This document shows positions 1-12,175 of a stretch of 64,000 bases of DNA, piece by piece. The position numbers and the translations under genes were made by a program. Position 1 is the first letter of the stretch, and every line of letters begins with the position of its first letter. Origin of the DNA: Podarcis melisellensis (Eukaryota); NCBI GenBank assembly GCA_964234715.1, contig OZ174286.1, one strand, 5' to 3'. The notes beneath the pieces are model-generated. The model was not told the DNA's origin. It worked only from the letters and a program-made list of their open reading frames with translations, and made no database searches.

Positions 1-1760
1 AGACTTTATATAGATGCTGCAGTTGTGCTGGCTCCTGGCTTTTGAGTATGTGGAGGAGCAGCCTGGATATGTCAAAACAATTGATGGAGAGAAGCTTAAG
101 GCTGCAAAGTATTGGAAAAAAGGCCAAGGCTTCCAAGGACTAGTCTTGAGAATGCTGCTGTTGATATAACCCGGAAAACGTGGAAGAGGGTGAAACAGGA
201 GTAGATAAGCAAAGTGCTTGGAGGAGGGGGTTACACTAGTCCTATTAGCATGCTAAGTATCCTGACTTCCAGCAGGGGGATTAAGAGGCACATTATATAG
301 AGCTCTTATTTCAGCTGCTGATGTTAAATTTGTGCAAGTGACCCAGATGGAAAGATCAGGTGCAGAGTAGTGAAAGATTGATAATGTTAGATTAAATCTG
401 CATTGTACATTGATCGGAGGATCTGCCCATATCAATGAGAAGGGGAAAATGTGTTTGCCATTTAACAGATTCTGGAATTGTTATAGTACCAGCAGACTGT
501 TACCAGATACTTATAGAACATTTTAAACGCTGAGGGACTAGAGAAGTTGTGAACAAGGAAAAGCATTACACAGTCAAACATGATTATTGTTGTATCTTAA
601 TGTTGCCGGGAAGCTCAAGGTTGGGTTAGATGTTTGTCCACAGAGTGACAGGCTACACGGAGTGCAGCAACCAGTCTCAGGAACGAATGTGCCTGATAAT
701 TGCACAAAGAAAAATGGGCACTAGACTTTTATATGTATAAATATGCATGTGACCACTGTGTTTCTCATTTTTCTTGATTCCTTTTGGAAGTGGGGAGATA
801 GAAATTGGGTGACAAGTACAAATGGCTAAGATCAAACAGCTGGGTCACACATAACTTGTGTACAGTGGTAGTAAGTGCATGAAATCCAATGATCCATCTC
901 CACCCATCTAGGCTGTCAGTACTTCAAATAATAAGGCATTAACTGACTATCCTTCCAGTTCACTCATGAAGTCAATCAAGAGTGTATTTGGGTCCAGTGG
1001 CAGCTAGTTGCAGCAGCTGGCAGGTTGTGGGCTGGTTTGTAGCATCTGCAGCATCTGTTTCATGAGATTTTGCACAGTTGAGTATTACAGCAGAAGTGGG
1101 CAGGAAGCAACGCAACTTGCCCTGTTCGCATCATTATGTAATTAATGAACCATCTTGCAGTGTAGGAGGATGTAGTGCTGTATTGTCAGGCAGACAAACA
1201 AAATACATAATGGTATGGAAAGAAAACAGTGAAACAGGGAAAGAAAACTTCCTGTATTTCGATCTTCAACCACTCTATAAATCTTGAGAATTTTGCAGTG
1301 TTTTATTACCTTTAGCAAAAGTGTATCTGATTTATCTTCCTGCTAGCTCAGCTTGTGTGCACCCTTTTTTTTGGGGTATGATATATAGGGGGAGTAAAAA
1401 GCTGATCTGTTAAGGAACATTTCATATAATATTCATCATATTATATTGATAGGAGTGTTCGTGAGGAGCTTTCCTTTTATAAATGCTGGAGCAGGGCTGC
1501 TCTGCTTCTCAGCCATGAACTCTGTCCTCCAGCCATGTAAAGCAGGCTATTGTACTAGGGTCTCAGTAAACACCCTGGGTTTTGCCACCTGCCTGGAATG
1601 TTAAAAAAGAGAGAATTGCCACATACATGTCATGGCTGGTGGATCTGTGTCTGGCAAGTCACCTTTTCCACTGTGATTGATCATTTGCACTTCCAGCTCT
1701 TGGCAGTATGAAATGTTGTTGTGATTGTCTCTCATTTGAGAGGCAGCTCAAGCTTGACTT

Positions 1761-1783
1761 TAGTAGTAGTAGTAGTAGTAGTA

Positions 1784-1821
<38 letters not shown>
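1761..1821. repeat. Compound (TAG)n(TAA)n microsatellite, tail of the adjacent LINE fragment
   Basis: Seen directly; explains the poly-L/V/I/S/N ORFs. Confidence 0.95.
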
Positions 1822-1975
1822 TTATTTATACCCCACCCATCTGGCTGGGTTTCCCCAGCCACTCTGGGCAGCTTCCGACAGAATATTAAAATACAATAGT
1901 CTATTAAGCATTAAAAGCTTCCCTAAACAGGGCTGCCTTCAGATGTCTTCTAAGAGTCTGGTAGTCGTTTTTCTC
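1822..1975 (-). mobile_element. L2-clade LINE 3' end fragment
   Basis: Minus strand encodes ...RRHLKAALFREAF followed by the 3'UTR (ccagatgggtggggtataaataa); same family at 15544, 51540 and 62857. Confidence 0.8.
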
Positions 1976-3874
1976 TTTGAAAAACAAAGTTTGGTAGAAG
2001 TTCGTTGCATCTCCCGGTTTAAGTGAATTAAAACAGTTAGTGGGAAAGGAAAGGTTGGTTTCTGTTCGAGATTCAAAAGAGAACAAAACTGAATGCTGAT
2101 TGATACTCAGAAAGCTTATTTTACATGTGGCGTAAATTACCTTTTGAAGCAAACTGAAGCAGTCATTGGCTCTGAGATTGGAAGGAATCTGAGCATCTGA
2201 CTGTCCCATTTTCTTCTTCAGAGTGAGTAATTTAAGACACATTATAAACACAGATTAAGTTGCTTCAGTAGTCTCTGCAGTTAAACGAGAAAGTAGGAAA
2301 AAAGTGACGTTGTGGTTTGGAGAGGTAAGCCGTACAAATTTTTAAAGCAATCCAAAATGTTTCTTTAGACTTGGGATCCAAAGGTTGTGTTTAGTTTTAA
2401 CATTCCAAGTAGTTAAAGTTTTAACTGCTGTGTGTAGAGGGCACTAAGACATGGACACAAAAATTCAAATTTCCCTCTGATTAATTAAGCAAATACAGCA
2501 TTTGTCACACTTACAAAATAATGGTTTCTGCTATTGTTATCCATTTAAAATCTAGCTGGGAGCAGCTGATCAGTGTCTCTGCGTGACTAGGACACATAGC
2601 AGATGCTAGATTGTCTGTCAGAGAAGAGGCAAGGCCTGAGTCCCAAGCCAAACATGATTTACTGCTTATTTTACACTCTCTTACACTCCAACATGTTGAG
2701 TCCCAAAACTAGGTTCTGTGTCTTCCCAGCTGTGCTTCCACGGAAGTCATGTGACTTGTGCAAAATCACGGAGCCCCAAAGATGTGCTTTCTCCAGGGTG
2801 AGGTTTTGGCGCAAAATCATGCAAAATCACAGTGCCCAAAATGACCACCTTGCTCTGGTGGGAAAAAAGGGATGTCCTGTTTCTTTCTGGGACACTTGTG
2901 GGGTATGTACTGTACTCTAACTTGCCCAGAGAACCTCTCACAAAGAAAACCATCCCAGAAGTAAAGTTGGCCAGAATGGCATTTGGTTGAACAAAACATC
3001 TGTGCAGACATCTGCATTTGCTATTATAAAGAACAGTCTTCAAACATCCATTGTTGAGATAATTATGTTTTGATTGGCCTTTGTCAAATGTTAGCTTGTA
3101 AGAGGACCACCAAGGCATAAAGCATGAAATGTCATTTAAAAATTGGTGCTTTTAATAGTGCATTTATTTATTTTTGTACACAGGATTCATGAGTCTCAAA
3201 GCATGCTAGTCAATATCCACATTAAGTCTGCAATAGGTTTGCCTTCTTTGTTTCGTTTGTTTGTAAAATGGTGCAGATGAGTGGGGAGATGGAAGAGGCA
3301 CCATCATGAAAGTGCTTGCTGGAGGGAAAATTGCTTGCTGGAGGGCAAATTGCAACCCACTGCTAAAGACCTTCCTTGCCCCCAAGGTTTTCAGTGGTGA
3401 GTTGCTTTGTGTTCCTGGCTAAACTTCTTTGGACTATAGCCTTTTTTTAACTTCCTGTTCACATCAAGGGAGACATCAAAATTGTGTGGGGGGATCACAA
3501 ATTTTAATGTTTTTTAAGGAAATTGTTTATGTGCACAACCCCATCACCAAAATTCTACAATCTAGATTTCCAACTGGAGTTTAAAAAGGCAGGGGTCAGA
3601 TTTGCAAAACAATTGCAGAAAGGAACTGTTTTATTCCTTGCCTCCCTTCTCATGAGTTCCATTCCTTGCTTTGCTGCCTCTGCCTATTCCCATCTGCTTT
3701 CTTAGCTCTGCAAGCCTTTTCTGATTTGTCCACCGCACCAATCTTACTACTTGTTCTCTTTCCTGGACTGCATCTCTGACAAATTGTTCCACGTTGTCTT
3801 TCATTTGGGTAGCTTAGCCTGACTTTGCAAAGAGATTGTAGAAATATCCCCAGCATCAGGCATAGACATGTAGA

Positions 3875-4010
3875 GGAAGTACCGTAGCTCAGTGATAGAG
3901 CTGCTGCTTTGCGTGCTGAAGGTTCAATCCCTGGGATCTCCAGGAAGGGCTAGGAGAGCCTGGGAGAGCTGCAGCCAGTCAGTGTTGAGAGTAAGCCAGC
4001 TTCCTATTTT
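3875..4010 (+). mobile_element. tRNA-headed SINE with CR1-like tail; degenerate copies at about 8570-8790, 24660-24830, 41480-41630, 41760-41980, 44145-44280, 50480-50665, 51385-51540 and 54520-54660
   Basis: A-box-like gtagctcagtgatagag, B-box-like ggttcaatccc, tail cagcttcctat; recurs across the window. Confidence 0.65.
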
Positions 4011-6156
4011 CCAAAGAATAAAAAGTATTTATGAAGAAATGAGTTCCCTAAGGCTTAAGGCTGATTTTCTGTTGCTTACACATTGTTTTAAAACATATTG
4101 TATTTCTGTTATTTTTGTCTTTAAATCTATCTGAATTGTGCAAAGCACTTTGGTTCCATGCTAGCATGAGGAGGCGAGACATGAGCATCCCACACAACAA
4201 CAAAGTAACTGCCACATAAATGGGGTGGTCTGGAAAGGTCCCTGGGGTGCTCCCCAAAAGCCTTGGTGGGGGAAAAAGAATTCCTTGATTGAGAGGGATT
4301 TCAGAGGGTAAGCAAGGGCAGCCAGCTGAATAACCGTATCTTAATTAAACTCTTAATTCAGCCTGACCACTGGATGATTATTTTTCTTCTTCTTGGCCGC
4401 TTGGAACATTGCAATGGGCAAGCCGCCATATTTCCCAGATCAAGCCGTTTTTATGATAAGTGCAGAGACTTGTTTTTCTCGGCTCTCTTTTCTACAACCT
4501 TGGAGGATAATGTGCTTATATTTAAAGCAAAACATGTCCGTTTTGTGTATTATGGAAAGCAGAAGCACATGGCTGTGCTCTTGGCGCCAACTGAAGATTT
4601 CATTCATTTTGCCAAGCCATTGCCCGCTTGCATGTGGCCAGTACTCATTTATGAAAACAGCTAGGCGCACAGATGGCTCTTACTTGTTTCCAAATAAAGG
4701 CACAGCTAAAAAGGGTTCCGTTAACCGTCTGGAATGTAAGGAGTTGTGCAGGGAAAGGACCTCAATTTGTGGGCTGAATGGAGATGATTTTCCGTTTGCA
4801 AGCTCGGTGGTTGTTGTTATGTAATTTACAAAACCAAGAAACTTTGAAGGTTTCAAAAGGTAGTCTTCTATATATAGTTGCAGAGCTCATTTTTGTAGTC
4901 CTTGCTACAACACTGAAATTGCATTCTTTGAAATGGCATTTTAAGTGCTGAATGTTGAAGAGAACGTTCACATTCTAGAGCTTCTCTAGTGATAAGAAAG
5001 GCTGGCAAGAAAGCTGGCATGCATTGTGCCTTTTGTATCTTTGACTGAAATTGGCAGAGTGCATTCGTTTTAAGAAATGAATGAAAAGCCTATGTGTAGG
5101 CCCATTTTCATTTTTCATCTTGGATGTGTCCAAGCTGCCTAAGTTTGGTACAGATTATACTGAGGACTGAGCAATGCACTAGATTTGCATGTGCAGGGAA
5201 ATTTTAATGTTGGGGTTTATTCAAATACATGATACCCCATGAGCATGGTATATTGCTCCTTTTCACAAATAAACTTTTCCTTGATGTGCTAGTTTTCTAA
5301 GTTCGTCTTTCCCATGGTAGCTTTCTAGGTGCAGGGTGTGTGTGTGTGTAGCAAGGCTAGCATAATATAATGGAGGTCAGATATCTCTCATGAAGCTCCT
5401 AAATGCAAAGATAAAACAGCCTGTTGCTGTTGTTTAGTCATTTAGCCTGAGAAACCTCAAAAGACTGAAACAGACAGACAAAACAAAAACTTTGCTGCTG
5501 AAACCACGAAGAACTGTAGCTTCGTTCTCACACATTCAAGAGATAATGACGTAAATCTAAGTTGAACCTCTTTGGGTTGCAGGTGCAAGCTCATATGACA
5601 CTGTGTTTTGTGGTGTGTGTGTACGTGCAGTGTGTACACACAGAGTGTGTTATATGAGTTTACATCTGCAGCCTAAAGTGGTACAAGTGAGATTTACGTC
5701 ATCCGTTGCATGTGTGAGAGAGAAGCCATAGTTCCTCATGATTCGAGCAACAAAGTTTGTGTTTTGTTTGTTTCAGTTTTTTCAGGCTGTTTCGTTTTTT
5801 TGCATTTAGAAGCTTCCTGAGAGAGATTTCAACCTCCTTTCTATTATGCTACCTGTCTGCGCACTGCCTGCATGCCTAGTCCCACAAGGGTATCTGCCAG
5901 GATAAACCATGCTTCTTGAAAATATTTTTAACCCCCCACCCTCAACCCCAGGGCTGCCTCCAAGATTTTTTTTTGGGGGTGCATCCTTTGATAGATCGCT
6001 TCAGCTTCTAGTGGGCTCTGGAGAAGTGACCTGATGGCTGAATGTAGCCACCTTTTCTGTTTCCCAGAATGTGACAGTGATTCCACTTCAGAGACCTAGA
6101 ATTGTGAGAAATTAAAAAGTGTGGCTAGGTCCAGCTGCCTGGTGCTGGTCAGAGTA

Positions 6157-6369
6157 CAGTCATACCTCGGGTTGAAGTAGCTTCAGGTTAAGCATTTTTG
6201 GGTTGCACTCCACGGTGATCCAGGTTTCGCTGCTCGTGCATGCGCAGACCCTCAAAATGACATCATGCGTGGAAGCGGCGAATTGCGATGCGCTGTCTCG
6301 GGTTGCGTTTGCTTCAGGATGCGAACGGGGCTCCGGAACAGATCCCATTCGCATCCAGAGGTACCACTA
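6157..6369. mobile_element. Tc1/mariner (Tigger-like) MITE
   Basis: Imperfect TIRs cagtcatacctc...gaggtaccacta flanked by TA; CpG-rich interior. Confidence 0.8.
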
Positions 6370-6861
6370 TACCTGGGGCAGAACATTTATTTGAAGGGGA
6401 CCCAGTGCAGCCATCAGCAGGCTAGAATATCTACACTCTAGTAGATTCAAAGAGCTGATACCAGCCTTGTTTGTTTTTTGAACAAACCTGGACCTGTGTA
6501 AAAACAACTGTGGAGGCCACGGTGTCAGCTGCACTAGTACAGATGGCTATAATAAGGTGTCTTAATACATTTCTGCACCTACTCTTCAAAAATTGTGTAG
6601 CAATTAGTCTGAGACTTTGGAGAACTTCTTATGGTTGGTGTTGTAGACAGTAGCTGGCTAGGTAGATCAAGGAGATGACTTAGCATAATTCAGATTCATG
6701 TGTTCAACTGTGGTGGGGGGTTAAAATGACTGTGATGCAACACCGTCACTCATTTCTTTAATGGGTTTTGAAGTGGGTAAAATGCTGCCTCCTGTTTATA
6801 ACAGAAGTTGTGCAAAAGCACGCTTTGCTGTTGACATTTTCTGATATGTAAACAAATACAG

Positions 6862-6862
<1 letters not shown>

Positions 6863-6913
<51 letters not shown>
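6863..6913. repeat. (CT)n microsatellite
   Basis: Seen directly. Confidence 0.97.
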
Positions 6914-6916
<3 letters not shown>

Positions 6917-9900
6917 AGTTTACAAGCATAACTAATTGTATTGAACATTAAGAGAGCTCAGAAAGCAAGGGATTTAAAACTATAAACTTCTGACTAACAT
7001 TCAGATGAGTAAACATACACTTTCTAGAGTTTAAAAAGCAGCATAGGGATTTTGGCAAAGATTTTGGTGAAAATAGCTCTGTTTCCCCTCCCACAATTAC
7101 CCTATTTAAAACGACTTGTGTCAGATCTCCAAACTGCTATTTGAACACAGGGGAGTTTGGGGTCGGGGGAATTTGGAGGCCGTCCAAGAAGGGAAGTTTG
7201 AGAGGGAAGAAGCAAGATGCTGGTGTTCAGGAGCATCTGCCCCCTTGAATTTTGGCTTACAAATCAGGTCATACTACACTTTAAGTATGTACATGTATCA
7301 TGGGGTAAATTGGTAAATATCTTGCTTAAATGAGCAACTTGCTGAATAAGAAGCTTCTGTAATATAGGAGCTTTGGAAGCAAAAATATTTGAGACCCTTA
7401 AATTTGACTGCTCTGTTTCTTTTTGAATAATTGTCTGGAGCAAAAGAAGTACATAAATGGGCTGTGAATACGTTTACCGCCCCCCCCCCCCCCCCGTTGT
7501 GCAGTGAAGTTAGAGCCTGTGAACTTCGGGATCTTAGGGACTCAGTTAGTGCTCCATTTCTGACCCTGGAATGATGAGGATTTTAGGCTGTTGGGGCAGC
7601 CATATGCTACATGAAAGTCTTGGCATGTCACCTACTCAAAGAGTCCCATGGAGTTTATTATTGCATTCCTCTTGATAAGTTACAACTAATTGAAATAGGC
7701 CTTGGCAGAAAAGCCAAATCCAAAAGGGATTATTTGCACACATGGTAAATCACTTAAATATGGCTTTATTGTCCAAAGATGAGAATGAAATGGAAGCATC
7801 TGTCCAATAAAATTATTTGAGTGAGATCATTCCTCTTCAATCATCCACCTCAGTTTTTCTGGATCTAATTATATATATAAAATACGCAGAAGCTCCCTTT
7901 CCGCAGAAATTCTTTGGGTTCTTTGGAGCACAGTCCTAATTGTAATGGACCGTTGACTTTTCAGAATATGATCTAGGGATTAATGAGTGCAGTACCCCAG
8001 GACAGGAGCTTAGCTGCAATGAAGAAGTGCCCCAAGGGGATGTCATTAGTTTCATTTCCACCCTCTCCTTCTTCCATGGTACTCAAGGCTATGTAACTGG
8101 AGTTCCCAGGCATTCTCCAATCCTCACAGAGACCATACTTCATACTTCAAGCTCCGTCCAATAAGAGTTCAGTCATGAAAGTCACTTTCAAGAGCAGAAG
8201 AAATAGGTTCTCCATAATAATCCACATGCTGCTGATGGTACTTGAGCCCAGAACATTAAATGGGGTTTTCCCCAACTCAGGCACACTTCAGTCAGTTTTA
8301 GGAGTTACTCAAAAAATATCCTGCGGTTAGGAATGGTGTCATTGTCATGTGTGATTAATAGAACTCACCTAGGTCTCCTGAATAAAGTGTGTAATGTGTA
8401 TTTCCTCTTAGACTTTATTTGGTTAATTTGGTGTTTGTGTGTTTGTTTGTTTGTTAGCGAGGCTACACCAAATTTTGGATCTGTAGCTTTGCAGCTATTT
8501 TTTAATTCTATGATATGCATTGATTTTTATAACCTGCATATGGGTTTCCTGGCAGTGGCTTTTTTCTAAATAACATAGGAAGCTGCCTTCAGGCAGGTCA
8601 GGGCATTTCCCCATGTAGCCCAGCATGATCTACTCTGGCTTGCCCTGGCTGTCAGAGGTCCTTGGGTAGGAGTCTGCCCCCATCATCTACTACCCAATCT
8701 TTTTAGACAGGGAAGCCAGGGATTGGACTGGGATTCTTCTTCATGCAAAATATGGGTTCTGTTACTGAATTGTGGTTCGTCCCCTGATAATATATTATGA
8801 ATTTATACAGCCCACCCTTGAGAAACCTCCTTGGTATCACTGAACACAAACAAAAAAACTTCTATGGTTCCTCACCCTTCCCTTTTTCTCTAAAATCTGT
8901 GTTTGTTCAACTTTGTTTTCTTTGTTCCTCTTCGTAGGATATGCCTGGCTGCTAGTTGATTGCACCATGCCAGCGTAGACTCTTGACATGAATGAGTTTT
9001 CGTGGCTATGTGTCATGTGCTGTGCTCAGAGTTCTGCTCTTTTTGGCCCAAAAAGATATTCCAAAGACCAACATGTTTGAAAAGCAAGGATGTGACTAGG
9101 AATGGGAACAACAGTCTCTGCTACCAAATACTTTTTGCTGGGGTTTGTTTGTTTGGCCTTGTAATGTTGTGAAGGCATTTTAGGCTTACAAATATCTTTT
9201 TGATCTGTATTCCTAAATTAATTGGCTCAAACTGTCTCGTTGTGTGAATATTTGCATTTACACAACAGGAAAGTCTGTTTCAAATTACTTCAGCTAATGG
9301 GAAGAGCTTGTTTCTTTGTTCAAGCCAAATATATTGTACAAAGTCCAATTAAGCATTGTAGAGTCAAGTAAAGGATGGCCCTTGGTGATTGGCTATATAT
9401 GTGGGGACATAGCCTTGTACAAGCAGACACAGATTTGAATAAATATGCCTTAAACCAGGTTGAGGATGAATGGATGCCCATTTCCCCATTCTGTGTGCAT
9501 TTTGCAGTTGTGTGTGATATTTATACATAGAATCATAGAACTGTATAGCTGGAAGGGGCCCTGAGGTTTATTTTGCAGTGCAAGAATCCTACCCGGGATC
9601 AAACCACCAACCTTCTGGTTAATATGTTTGTGAATATTTGATTTCTTTTTTCATTTGCATCCTTGCTTTTGTATTTAAAAAAAACACCTGAATGCCCCAG
9701 ACCAGGAAACTGCTAAAATTTCACTTTTATAGAGGTGGGCACAATTGCTGATGATCAATTAAGCAAGGGTATTTGATTAGCATCACCTGTCTGCTACTTA
9801 GCCTCTTAATTCCTATGGAAGCGTAAGGGTGTACTTAGCTTTTCACACATGACTTCTCCTTTTTGCCTTTATTTTTGTTAAATAAATCATGGCACAGTAT

Positions 9901-12039
9901 AATATGACATGTGTTGTTATTCATCTGAGGTTGTATTTACCTAATTTTAAGACCTACTAAGGAAGAGATTGTTATTATGTAAAACCACAGAATTCAAAGA
10001 GGGTGTACTTTCTTTTTCCCGTGAACGTATGTCCTGCTCAAGAACCAGACTCCTAAAGACTAGCATAAAAAATTACAATTAAATGAGGTTGTTAGGTTGC
10101 TTCTGTTAACACCAAAAATGAAAGATGGGCCTTTGCTCTTAGGAACTTGCTATTTAAAATGTTGCATTTTAGTCATATTTGAGACACCAGGGACAGTCAG
10201 AGGGTTGAGGGTGAGGGTGATGGAGAAGGCCCTCACTTTTAATGCCAGGAATTGCATTTATGAGGTTCCACATTCAGCCTCTGACCTACTCAGTTAAACT
10301 TAAAAGATACTGTGTTAGTGGAAATGAAAAGGACCTTTGCCTGTCATTCTGCAGAGTTGCTACCAGTCAAGAGCACACGATTAAGCAGAATGCAACAATT
10401 CATGTAATTGCAAGTGGATTGGACATTCTTAACCCTGCTTAGTAGGTTTGAAATATCTGCACTGAACTCTTGGAATAATGTTGAGAATAAATGATAAGAG
10501 GGAGGTTTGCAGACCCTTTTCTCAACAGCACATTCTATTCATAAGCCACCCAGCCCTAACAGTGATGGGATGAGCATGAACTTCATTAGAAGCAAATCAC
10601 ATGCAGTCACGTTATATTATGCAGCTTCTGTTGCAGTTTGCTGACTGCGTTTTTAAATCTCTACAAAAGGGGCATTATCTTATTTCAAAGCTTAAGTCCA
10701 AACAAGACTAATTTATAGATTTAGGACTTGCTACCAAGGAAAAGTCAAATGGTAAACCCAATGGCTACGATTGCGGGGGGGGGGGGCATTTTTGCCCTAC
10801 TCTCTTTTCCCCCCTATTGAAATCATTGGGGCTGATCACATGGCTAGCCTATTCGCATTGACTTCAATGGGACCAAAGTGCAAAGAAGTTAGCCTGCATC
10901 TTCCACTACCCATAGAATATATGGTACATGGAAGGTGAGCATGTAAACATGTTTTGGCCACATACCTTCTGAAGTGGTACAGTTTAGCAAGAGCTGGTCC
11001 ATGTGATTCTGCTGCTCTTGTGTCGCTTTTCTTGAGCTGCAGCCTAGCCTCTTCAAGAGAGATAAGAAGAGTTCATGAGGTTCTTGTTGGCCCAGGCAAA
11101 GCTTCTCCTGGCCATCAGATGATGTGCCAGGTCTGTTAGGAATATTTTGTGGGCATATGAATCAACAGCTTTGCTTGGTCTCCCGTAGAAGTGACAGAGT
11201 TTATCATCCTGTGACTTGCCAAGGAGCCAGGGTGTGTTTCCTACCCCATACCTATTAGTACCTTAATTAAGAACAAAATGACGTGCTGAGGACTACTGAA
11301 ACATGGTAGCAACAGCACGAGGGGGATCAGTTGCTCCCTAAAGGAAAGGAGAGAAGCTGATTATGGGGAAGGTGGGTGAAGAAGAAGTGTGGGCCTGTTT
11401 CTTAACAACGAGAGCTTGGACAGGCTCCTGACCAATATAGTAAGCTACCTCAGTCACAAGTCTGGCAGAGGAGGGTGAACTGTTTTTGCCATTACTCCAT
11501 CCTAAATATAATGAGTGTTCTCACTGCTGATCTTGCATAGATGCTTCATTAGTAATCCCGGGGATGACAGCAGCTAGCAAATTTAAAATGACTTTGGGAG
11601 CAGTCAGATTCTGGGTGACCTGAGGACTGAATCTGGAGCCACAGAGAATCAAAAACATTAAAATGGCAGAGTGACACCAACCCAAATTGTTAAGTTCTTA
11701 ATTCAGTAGCATTGTACTTCAATGTGGGGCTTGCTGTAATCCTATTGTATGTTGTTTGCCCTGAAAGGACAGTCTTCCCTGATGACTAAGTAAAGTAGTA
11801 GAGCCAAGCATACATGACTATCAGTCAATTTCTGCCTCAAGTGGGCAAAAGCCCCTCTTGCCATCTTGGACTGCAAAAAGTCTAGTAGTCCTACTGGTGG
11901 GTTTCTGGTGACTGCAGAATGTTCATACATCTTTGAATGTGTTTTGCATGTTTCCTACCTGTATCCTATGAGCTGCTTTAAACAGAAATTAAAAATGTAG
12001 AATAGGTCCCCAGAAATGGGTAAACTGGAATGGTCTGAA

Positions 12040-12175
12040 ACCACATGAGGCCACCACCTTGTTGAAGCTAAACAGGGGCTGGTCTACCAGATGGGAGACC
12101 ACCTGGGAGCCACATACATGCCGCCATGAGCTCCATGGTGGAAGACAGGCAGGATATAAATGTAAGGAAATAAAA
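12040..12175 (+). mobile_element. Degenerate 5S rRNA-derived SINE (weaker antisense copy near 8055-8150)
   Basis: gaagctaaacagggg...gatgggagaccacctggga resembles the 5S internal control region; followed by an A-rich tail. Confidence 0.55.

Noticed and set aside
1659-2026. ORFs with poly-Leu, poly-Val/Ile and poly-Ser/Asn tracts
   Set aside because: They are translations of the (TAG)n(TAA)n microsatellite and LINE tail.
8938-9100. Strong acceptor tttgttcctcttcgtag
   Set aside because: No convincing donor or reading frame follows, so an exon cannot be supported.
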